From assembly GCA_030612405.1 (NCBI GenBank), contig JAUWNY010000068.1:1-12307 (forward strand): 12,307 bases of DNA, given 5' to 3'. The DNA comes from Candidatus Methanophagales archaeon (lineage in GTDB: Archaea > Halobacteriota > Syntropharchaeia > Alkanophagales > Methanospirareceae). Shown in pieces: positions 1 to 6,065 of the stretch (within the stretch, counting starts at the first letter, position 1; each line of letters starts with the position of its first letter). The notes under the pieces were generated by a model that was not told where the DNA came from, ran no database searches, and was given only the letters and a program-made list of their open reading frames with translations. The translations under genes were made by a program, and so were the position numbers.

Positions 1-112
1 ACTGCACGTGTTTAGCAAAAAAGACGCTGAAATTCGCACTTAATGAATATAAGTAATAAGAGATAAAAGAAAGGAAAGGAAAACTAAAATAAAAGCCAAA
101 TATCAAAACCAA

Positions 113-162
113 CAAGAAAACAGAAAATAAATTATGGACACAGATTAACGCAGATTAACACA
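113..162 (+). repeat. Intergenic repeat 'module A', copy 1 (contains the tandem decamers CACAGATTAA/CGCAGATTAA)
   Basis: caagaaaacagaaaataaattatGgacacagattaacgcagattaacaca. Manual alignment gives 49/50 identity with 7596..7645. Confidence 0.9.
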
Positions 163-165
163 AAC

Positions 166-243
166 CTTTCTTTCAAAAAGAAAGCTTTACCAAAGAAATT
201 TGTTTTTCTTTTAGCACAGGTTTTCTTTTTTTGAAAAAGAAAA
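166..243. repeat. Three consecutive AT-rich hairpins built from CTTTCTTT/AAAGAAAG-type arms
   Basis: Hairpin 166-184: ctttcttt-caa-aaagaaag. Hairpin 192-211: aaagaaa-tttgtt-tttcttt. Hairpin 221-243: ttttcttttt-ttg-aaaaagaaaa. Confidence 0.7.
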
Positions 244-259
244 AGTGTTGTGTAAATCC

Positions 260-312
260 GTGTAAATCGGTGTCTTAAATAGGAGGAAGCTATAGTTTAT
301 ATACAATAAAAA
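260..312 (-). repeat. Intergenic repeat 'module B', copy 1 (TATA-containing, ends in CAC(C/G)GATTTA units)
   Basis: The reverse complement of 260..312 aligns with 11794..11846 at 48/53 positions (tttttattgtatataaa.tatagcttcct.ctatt.aagacac.gattta). Confidence 0.85.
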
Positions 313-313
313 G

Positions 314-754
314 ATGGATGATTTAGATAAGAAGATACTGAGAGAACTGCAGCGGAATTCTCGCAGTTCGTTCACGAAGATTGCACAGAACATAGGTGTA
401 AGCACTGCCACGGTAAGCGAGAGAGTAAAAAGGCTAACGGAAAAAGGAATTATCTGCGGCTATACTGCGGTTCTCAATACCTCTGAACTCGGCATGGTAA
501 CGTTAATCACAAAGATAAAAATCAAGCCGGGATATAGTGTTGATGAGGTGGGGAAGGAGATAGCGAAACTGGATGAGAGCTGCTGCATTCATCACGTAAC
601 CGGGGATTACGACCTGCTCGTTATCTCTAAGTGCGTGGGCCACGGGAAATGTGGAGCAGTGATAGAGAAAAAGAAGAACATAGAGGGTGTGCAGAGCGTG
701 GATGCGGAACTCGTGCTAAAAACGTTGAAGGAAGAGCTTAAGGTCAAACTGTAG
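314..754 (+). CDS. Lrp/AsnC-family (feast/famine) transcriptional regulator, HTH plus RAM domain
   Basis: N-terminus MDDLDKKILRELQRNSRSSFTKIAQNIGVSTATVSERVKRL is a typical AsnC HTH. The C-terminal half has VTGDYDLLV, typical of the RAM domain. 146 aa. Confidence 0.9.
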   Translation: MDDLDKKILRELQRNSRSSFTKIAQNIGVSTATVSERVKRLTEKGIICGYTAVLNTSELGMVTLITKIKIKPGYSVDEVGKEIAKLDESCCIHHVTGDYDLLVISKCVGHGKCGAVIEKKKNIEGVQSVDAELVLKTLKEELKVKL

Positions 755-803
755 CTTTCAGATTTTGTCCCGTGATTTTGAGCAATTAAGGTGGGGGATT
801 TTT

Positions 804-819
804 TTGTATATAAAGTATA
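804..819 (+). promoter_or_regulatory. TATA-containing 16-mer shared with module B (ttgtatataaagtata)
   Basis: Identical 16-mer at 11800..11815. tatataaa lies at 807-814, about 23 bp upstream of the middle of the left palindrome arm. Confidence 0.4.
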
Positions 820-825
820 ATTTTT

Positions 826-887
826 GCCACAGAGTACACAGAAAGCACAGAGTATTTACCCTCTGTGTCCTCTGCGGTCTCTGTGGC
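826..887. repeat. Long imperfect palindrome. Each arm holds three ~9-bp CACAGA(G/A)NN units, with an 8-nt loop.
   Basis: Left arm gccacagagtacacagaaagcacagag. Right arm ctctgtgtcctctgcggtctctgtggc. Hand pairing gives 9 bp, a 2-nt mismatch, 1 bp, a 1-nt mismatch, 4 bp, a 2-nt mismatch, then 8 bp. Loop is tatttacc. Confidence 0.85.
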
Positions 888-892
888 TATCA

Positions 893-903
893 TTTTTTTT
901 TTT
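893..903 (+). terminator. T11 run, archaeal oligo-T terminator candidate
   Basis: Eleven consecutive T immediately after the 826-887 hairpin. Confidence 0.5.
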
Positions 904-914
904 GGAGGGAAAAA

Positions 915-929
915 CCTAAAATGTTTAGG
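915..929. promoter_or_regulatory. Perfect 6-3-6 palindrome CCTAAA-atg-TTTAGG (operator candidate)
   Basis: The same half-sites with a different spacer (aca) occur at 8603..8617, at the equivalent position of U2. Confidence 0.6.
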
Positions 930-1023
930 GAAAAGGTGGAAAACCTCACAGTAATTTAGTGAATCACATGAAAGTTCATTTTTAAAAAGTTTTTCGGCTA
1001 AAACTTCATGTTCGTTCACACCT

Positions 1024-1050
1024 GTAAAAAAACCGCAAGTTTTATATACT
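1024..1050 (+). promoter_or_regulatory. Core promoter (A-rich BRE-like tract plus TATA tttatata at 1041-1048)
   Basis: gtaaaaaaaccgcaagttttatatact. 21/27 identical to 10008..10034 and similar to 8712..8738. Confidence 0.6.
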
Positions 1051-1087
1051 GTAAATATACAATCTACCAGCAGGAGGTAAAAAATAA

Positions 1088-1114
1088 ATGCCTTCAGGGG
1101 AAAAAAAGAGGTGA
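1088..1114 (+). CDS. 8-codon upstream mini-ORF (MPSGEKKR), speculative
   Basis: Preceded by agcaggaggtaaaaa, the same 15-mer that precedes the start of the 10083 gene. Its stop lies 5 nt before the 1120 ATG, and its 3' end supplies gaggtga as an SD for 1120. Confidence 0.2.
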   Translation: MPSGEKKR

Positions 1115-1119
1115 AATAA

Positions 1120-3882
1120 ATGGCGACAAGAACGAATTCTATAAGTAGTTGTAGTGATTTCAGAATGTCGCGGCGGACGTTCACTAAACTGGCGGCTTTA
1201 GGAACGGCGGCTGCTATCAGTGGAATCGGTGAAGTCGGCGCGTATCCTACGAAGTTTGTGGATAAACTGATCGAACCCGCGAGTGCGGCTCCGGAACCGA
1301 AAGTGGATCTTGTGAGGTCTATATGCGCGCATTGTTCAGTCGGCTGTGGATTCTACGGAAAGGTCGAGGATGGCGTGTTTACGGGCATGGAGCCCTGGGA
1401 GACTCATCCGATAAATGCCGGCGGGATGTGTTCCAAGGGCGCTTCCACGAGGGAAATGGTGGTCTCAGAGAGAAGGTTGAAATATCCGATGAAAAAGGTC
1501 GGCGGTAAGTGGGAGCGAATATCGTGGGATGCTGCGTTGGACGAGATTGCATCAAAGATGGCGGAAGTGAGAAGCAAATACGGACCAGATTCGGTGATGT
1601 TCCTGGGCTCGGCAAAGATGAACAACGAAGAGTGCTATATATACAGGAAGTTAGCTGCTTTCTGGGGCACGAACAATGTTGACCATCAGGCACGAATATG
1701 CCACTCCACTACGGTCCAAGGACTGGCGAACACGTGGGGCTTCGGCGCTCAAACGAACAACATTAATGATATGAGGCACTGCAAATGCCTGTTCTTCCTT
1801 GGCTCGAATGCTGCGGAAGCACATCCAGTGGCGATGCAGCACTTCCTCGAAGCTAAGGACAGGGGTGCTAAAATAATCGTTCTGGACCCGAGACGCACAA
1901 AAACCGCATCAAAGGCGGATATATTCAGTTGGTTCAGACCAGGAACAGATATACCAATAATGCTTGGGCTCATTAATGTCATTGTGAACAACGGCTGGCA
2001 CGATGAGGAGTTCATAAAGAACAGGACTATTGGATTCGATGATTTATGGGAAGTTGCAAAGGACTACACGCCTGAAGTGGTAGAGGACATCTCCTGGGTG
2101 CCTGCTGATACAATCAGGAACATAGCACGAACGCTGTACGAGAATAAGCCATCTGCAATATTCTGGGCAATGGGGCAGACACAGCATACTGTGGGGTCGA
2201 ACAACATCCACATGTCTGCGATTCTACAATTAGTCCTTGGGCATGCTGCACGGTCAGGAGGAGGTTGCCAGGCATTAAGGGGACATGACAACGTTCAGGG
2301 CTCTACCGACATGTGCTTACTCGCGCATTTACTACCAAGTTATTACGGACTTACTGAGAAAGGTTGGAAGCACTGGTGCGAGGTATGGGGCATTCCATAC
2401 GAGGAGATGGTCGGCAGGTTTGCATCGAAGGAGTTCATGGGAAAGAATGGGTTCACAGTTGCGAGATGGTATGAGGGAGTTATTATGCCCGAATCACAAA
2501 TAGACCAGCCACATAACATAAAAATATGCCTTGTGTGGGGTGAAGCGTTAAACTCAGTCACCGAAATGAAGCGGCAGAATGAAGCAATGGAGAAGCTTGA
2601 CCTCATGGTCATCGTTAACCCGCGTGCAAGTCCCGCTTCCGCATTGCCTGAGCGGTCAGATGGTATAATACTGCTTCCTGCATGCACATCATTCGAGAAA
2701 GCGGGAAGTGTAACAACCACCGGCAGACAAGTTCAGTGGAGACATAAGATTATAGACCCGCTTTGGGAGAGTAAGTCAGACTTCGTGATATATCAGGAAC
2801 TTGCAGCGAAGTTAGAGGAGAAGACGGGATTACCATTCAAGAAATACTTCACTTACTCACGTTCAGAGGATGTTTGGCCGGAGCTAAAGGCTGGGATGTT
2901 AGTCATCGGAATGCGACAAGACCCAGAGAGGCTGAAGACGCAACAGGAGTATGATACTACCTTTGATAGGGATACGCTGTGGTCAGAAGCTCTCAAGGAA
3001 TACTGGGGACTACCATGGCCTTGCTGGAACGATACGCACTGTGGAACGCCGCTATTGTATGATGCATCGAAACCTGTAAGCAGAGGAGGACATGACTTTA
3101 GAGTGAAATGGGGCAACACCGTTCCGGAGAACAAGTTTGGTAAACACGTTGGCGAGTCAATGCTGAGAGAGGACTATCCAGTTCCTCAGTATGGTTATGC
3201 ATACGACCCAGCGGAGATAGAGCGTGCACTTGCAGATGGCGAACCACCGACAGGGAGAGGGAAAGCAAGGATATGGATTTGGACATTTGCAGACCCGATT
3301 CCAATACACAGAGAGCCGATAGAGAGCCCAAGACCAGACCTAATTGATAAGTATCCGACGTACGACGATGTAGCATTCCAATACAGAGTACCCGCACCAT
3401 ATAAATCAAATCAGCAGGCGAGAAGGAACATTGTCGATAAGTATCCAATCGTTCTTACCACGGGCAGACAGGTAGAGCACATGGGAGGAGGTGCTCAAAC
3501 AAGAGGATGCGCTTATCTTGCGGAGCTTCAGCCAGAGATGTACGTGGAGATGAACCCAAAACTTGCTAGCGAAATCGGTGTTAATGTGCATAAAACAGGA
3601 ATAACGGATGACTATGTATGGGTAGAGACGCTCAGGGGGAGATGTAAGGTCAAAGCTTATGTGACGGAAGCAGTACCATACGACGAGACGCGGAAGACGG
3701 TATTTATGCCTTACCACTGGGCAGGCATATTTGAAGGCGTGTCTTATGAGGACAGATACCCGCCAGGATGCGGTGAAATCGTAGTCGGTGATTCAGTCAA
3801 TATCATTTGCGTTGACGGGTATGACATTCACACTCAGATGCAAGAGACGAAAGTGTGCCAATGTAATATATACAGGGCATAG
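1120..3882 (+). CDS. fdhA: Tat-exported molybdopterin (bis-MGD) oxidoreductase catalytic subunit, FdnG/FdoG-like formate dehydrogenase alpha, Cys-type
   Basis: Twin-arginine motif SRRTFTKL. N-terminal FeS motif CAHCSVGCGF...CSKG. DHQARICHSTTV and GSNAAEAHPV match E. coli FdnG DNQARVUHGPTV and GNAAEAHPV, with Cys replacing Sec. LRGHDNVQGS is also present. An alternative start at ATG 1165 (MSRRTF) is possible. Confidence 0.9.
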   Translation: MATRTNSISSCSDFRMSRRTFTKLAALGTAAAISGIGEVGAYPTKFVDKLIEPASAAPEPKVDLVRSICAHCSVGCGFYGKVEDGVFTGMEPWETHPINAGGMCSKGASTREMVVSERRLKYPMKKVGGKWERISWDAALDEIASKMAEVRSKYGPDSVMFLGSAKMNNEECYIYRKLAAFWGTNNVDHQARICHSTTVQGLANTWGFGAQTNNINDMRHCKCLFFLGSNAAEAHPVAMQHFLEAKDRGAKIIVLDPRRTKTASKADIFSWFRPGTDIPIMLGLINVIVNNGWHDEEFIKNRTIGFDDLWEVAKDYTPEVVEDISWVPADTIRNIARTLYENKPSAIFWAMGQTQHTVGSNNIHMSAILQLVLGHAARSGGGCQALRGHDNVQGSTDMCLLAHLLPSYYGLTEKGWKHWCEVWGIPYEEMVGRFASKEFMGKNGFTVARWYEGVIMPESQIDQPHNIKICLVWGEALNSVTEMKRQNEAMEKLDLMVIVNPRASPASALPERSDGIILLPACTSFEKAGSVTTTGRQVQWRHKIIDPLWESKSDFVIYQELAAKLEEKTGLPFKKYFTYSRSEDVWPELKAGMLVIGMRQDPERLKTQQEYDTTFDRDTLWSEALKEYWGLPWPCWNDTHCGTPLLYDASKPVSRGGHDFRVKWGNTVPENKFGKHVGESMLREDYPVPQYGYAYDPAEIERALADGEPPTGRGKARIWIWTFADPIPIHREPIESPRPDLIDKYPTYDDVAFQYRVPAPYKSNQQARRNIVDKYPIVLTTGRQVEHMGGGAQTRGCAYLAELQPEMYVEMNPKLASEIGVNVHKTGITDDYVWVETLRGRCKVKAYVTEAVPYDETRKTVFMPYHWAGIFEGVSYEDRYPPGCGEIVVGDSVNIICVDGYDIHTQMQETKVCQCNIYRA
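1165..1287 (+). other. Tat signal peptide region of the catalytic subunit
   Basis: MSRRTFTKLAALGTAAAISG... with the RR consensus, a hydrophobic core and a candidate A-S-A cleavage site. The cleavage position is a guess. Confidence 0.6.
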
Positions 3883-3894
3883 GAGGGATAAAAA

Positions 3895-4440
3895 ATGGTA
3901 ATATATAAATTCTTACATGATGTGGACCGATGTATAGACTGTGGAGGCTGCTTTGCTGCATGCAAAGACCATAACGGTGTTCCAGAGGGTGTAGCGAGGA
4001 TACGAGTGATAAGACTTAACGAGGGAAAGCCAGGGGAAAAATACGCAGCAATGGCTTGCATGCATTGCACTGACCCCGCATGCCTGAGAGCGTGTCCTAC
4101 GAAAGCGATAACCAAGCGACCAGATGGTATTGTGATAAACGACAAAGCCAAATGCATAGGATGTGGATACTGTAGTTGGGCGTGCCCGTTCGGGGCTCCG
4201 AAGTATCCGGATAAAGGACCTGTTGAACTCAGGGGAATAATGGACAAATGCACTTTCTGCGTTGTTCCATATGAACAAGAGAAGGATGTAGCGGGGAATT
4301 TAATACAGCACGAACCAAAACCAGTATGCGTTTCCTTCTGCGCAACCAAGGCACGGCTTGCAGGGGATGTCACGGAGATAACAAAAATATATACTGCGAG
4401 AATGGCTGGGAGATTGGTGCAAAGGCAAGTGGGGGTGTAA
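3895..4440 (+). CDS. fdhB: Four-cluster [4Fe-4S] ferredoxin-type electron-transfer subunit (DmsB/FdnH-core-like, no TM helix)
   Basis: Cys groups CIDCGGCFAAC, CMHCTDPACLRACP, CIGCGYCSWACP, CTFC...CVSFC. SD aggaggg lies upstream. 12-nt gap after the alpha gene. Confidence 0.9.
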   Translation: MVIYKFLHDVDRCIDCGGCFAACKDHNGVPEGVARIRVIRLNEGKPGEKYAAMACMHCTDPACLRACPTKAITKRPDGIVINDKAKCIGCGYCSWACPFGAPKYPDKGPVELRGIMDKCTFCVVPYEQEKDVAGNLIQHEPKPVCVSFCATKARLAGDVTEITKIYTARMAGRLVQRQVGV

Positions 4441-4447
4441 ATAGAGT

Positions 4448-5422
4448 ATGAGCCACACAGCATACGTTGTATTTACAGTATTCAGTCAGATGGCAGTGGG
4501 CGCACTGATAGCAATGGTCATCGCAGACTTTCTCGCGAAGGGAAAGGAGGATGCGAAGTTCTTTGAGACCGGGGCATGGGTATGTGTCCCGGTCGCGGTT
4601 ATTGGCTTGATAGCAATGCTCTCACACGAGGCACGTCCAATCCAAGCGATGATGACGATGAACGCAAACTTAGCTACGTCGTGGCTGAGCAGAGAGTCCT
4701 TAGCATTGACGGTGTTTGTAGTCTTAGCGGTGATATATACGGTGCTGTGGCTATTTGAGCCAGAATACGGCAGTCTCAAGGGGATACCCGTAATACCCAA
4801 GATAGCAAAGTTTTTTATGCCGCTCAGGAAGGTTGTTGGAATCTTAGGTGCGGTTATGGGATTTGCGTACCTCGGTATAGGTGCAAAGGCGTACATGATG
4901 CCCACTATGCCTTCGTGGAACTTAGACACAACGCCGCTGTTCTTCCTGGTTACTACTCTACTCGTGGGCGTAACGGCAGTAGCAGCAGTTCTTTCAGCGA
5001 AATACATGCTTAAAAAAGAAACCGTGGAACGTTTTGCGAACTTTCTTTGGGCTACATGGGGAATTGCGCTGGTAATGGTAATTGTGCTGCTCTTTACACT
5101 GTTTGCAAACATATCTGCGTTACAACAAGTTGGAGTGACAGAAGCCACAACACTAGCTCAAGCGGGAACACTGGAAAACATGCTGCATGGTGATTACACC
5201 GCGCTTTTCTATGCACGAGTGGTAATAGGCGTTATTCTGACACTCGTATGCTTGACAGCGCTTGTATTGCCGCTGAAGAAGAAGGACATCTCAAAAGCAT
5301 CGGCTCTTACACTCGCAGTGTTTCTGTGTGCGCTAATCGGCGAACTTCTGGGAAGGGCGGTGTTCTTCGGTGCGAACGTGTCACTTGGTGAAGTCATGCC
5401 CTACGTGTTATCTACGATATAA
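4448..5422 (+). CDS. Integral membrane anchor subunit, DmsC-like (about 8 TM helices)
   Basis: N-terminal VVFTVFSQMAVGAL resembles DmsC PLMIFTVFGQCVAG. C-terminal GELLGRAVFFG resembles the DmsC GR..FY motif. Eight hydrophobic segments counted by eye. Starts 7 nt after the FeS gene. Confidence 0.7.
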   Translation: MSHTAYVVFTVFSQMAVGALIAMVIADFLAKGKEDAKFFETGAWVCVPVAVIGLIAMLSHEARPIQAMMTMNANLATSWLSRESLALTVFVVLAVIYTVLWLFEPEYGSLKGIPVIPKIAKFFMPLRKVVGILGAVMGFAYLGIGAKAYMMPTMPSWNLDTTPLFFLVTTLLVGVTAVAAVLSAKYMLKKETVERFANFLWATWGIALVMVIVLLFTLFANISALQQVGVTEATTLAQAGTLENMLHGDYTALFYARVVIGVILTLVCLTALVLPLKKKDISKASALTLAVFLCALIGELLGRAVFFGANVSLGEVMPYVLSTI

Positions 5423-5440
5423 CATAAAAAAATAAAAAAC

Positions 5441-5498
5441 GGTTGTGGAAACAAACTTTAAGAAAGTTTGTTAAAAATCCACAACCTACTATTTTTTG
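5441..5498. terminator. Strong hairpin plus T-run between convergent operons (bidirectional terminator candidate)
   Basis: ggttgtggaaacaaacttt-aag-aaagtttgtt(aaaaa)tccacaacc, followed by tactatttttt. Confidence 0.6.
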
Positions 5499-5628
5499 CA
5501 AAATCTTTAAAAAATCTTCAAAATCAGAAGAAAAAAAACTCCATTTATCTCATCACTTACTTTTAACATCTACCTGGCTTCCCGAAATAAATCCAACCAT
5601 TTCAAACACCAAAGGAGTTTATTTAAGT

Positions 5629-5994
5629 CTATTCCTTCTCGGACTTAGAGGCTTCCAGCTTTGCCTGAACTTCCTCTTTTAACTCCTCTTCGGTCTTCCC
5701 TTCGGTATCTATGCCCATATACGCAGCCACTTCTGTTATGTTTACTTCCTCGCCCTTTGTCTTCGCGGTCGCTTTTTTCGGTATCTCTTCTTCACTGCCT
5801 GTCACAGATTCTTCAAATTTCTTGTAGTTAATCTCCGCTTCCTTCCTCGCTTTTTTGAACTCCCCCATTGCCTGTCCAAACGACCTGGCAAGTTGCGGCA
5901 CCTTAGTTGCGCCGAACAGCAGAATGATTATCAATACTATTATCCCAATCTCAGTTGGTCCTATCCCTCCAATAAAAAGCATTCCTCCAATCAT
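5629..5994 (-). CDS. tatA: Sec-independent translocase TatA/E-family protein with a long acidic C-terminal tail
   Basis: GPTEIGIIVLIIILLFGATKVPQLARSFGQAMGEFKKA matches the TatA TM-hinge-amphipathic helix signature. SD ggaggtg lies 8 nt upstream of the ATG. Confidence 0.85.
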   Translation of the reverse strand: MIGGMLFIGGIGPTEIGIIVLIIILLFGATKVPQLARSFGQAMGEFKKARKEAEINYKKFEESVTGSEEEIPKKATAKTKGEEVNITEVAAYMGIDTEGKTEEELKEEVQAKLEASKSEKE

Positions 5995-6065
5995 CGTTTT
6001 TTGGCACCTCCAATTTATATAATATTAATTAAGGTTGAAGGTATATATAAATATATCGTATTTTT

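Larger units (their letters stand above)
901..1051 (+). promoter_or_regulatory. Upstream control module U1 of the oxidoreductase operon (collinear homologue of 8579..8738)
   Basis: Conserved blocks in the same order and spacing as U2: aaaacctaaaa..tttagggaaaa, aaaacct, taatttag, ttcatttttaaaaag, ttcgtt, aaaaaa.cg.aag.ttttata. Confidence 0.75.

Noticed and set aside
296-303. tttatata as the promoter TATA box of the Lrp/AsnC gene
   Set aside because: It lies only about 11-18 nt upstream of ATG 314, which is too close for the usual ~25-nt TATA-to-start distance. It fits better as the minus-strand TATA of the repeat element. A weaker box (cttaaatag, about 274-282) could serve the regulator gene, but I cannot support that from sequence alone.
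211-411. 66-aa minus-strand ORF overlapping the start of the Lrp/AsnC gene
   Set aside because: It overlaps a well-supported CDS and the module B repeat, and has no motif.
786-1184. 132-aa minus-strand ORF, and the 64-aa plus-strand ORF at 765-959, in the regulator/FDH intergenic region
   Set aside because: They run across the palindrome, the T11 run and the conserved promoter module. Their translations are low-complexity with no recognisable motif. The 765 ORF starts with TTG. The region is better explained as regulatory and repeat DNA.
1690-1710. Possible selenocysteine (in-frame TGA) at the FDH active site
   Set aside because: The codon at the position equivalent to the Sec of FdnG is TGC (1699-1701). 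The frame is uninterrupted and I saw no SECIS-like requirement, so this is a Cys-type enzyme.
3834-4463. 209-aa minus-strand ORF antisense to the FeS-subunit gene
   Set aside because: It lies fully inside a confidently identified CDS on the other strand and has no recognisable motifs. It is a typical shadow ORF. The same applies to 3913-4278, 4486-5148, 5209-5397 and the many short ORFs antisense to or out of frame with 1120-3882.
5443-5682. 79-aa plus-strand ORF in the region between the anchor gene and tatA
   Set aside because: It starts inside the terminator hairpin and overlaps the 3' end of tatA on the opposite strand. The translation is low-complexity and lysine/leucine-rich with no SD.
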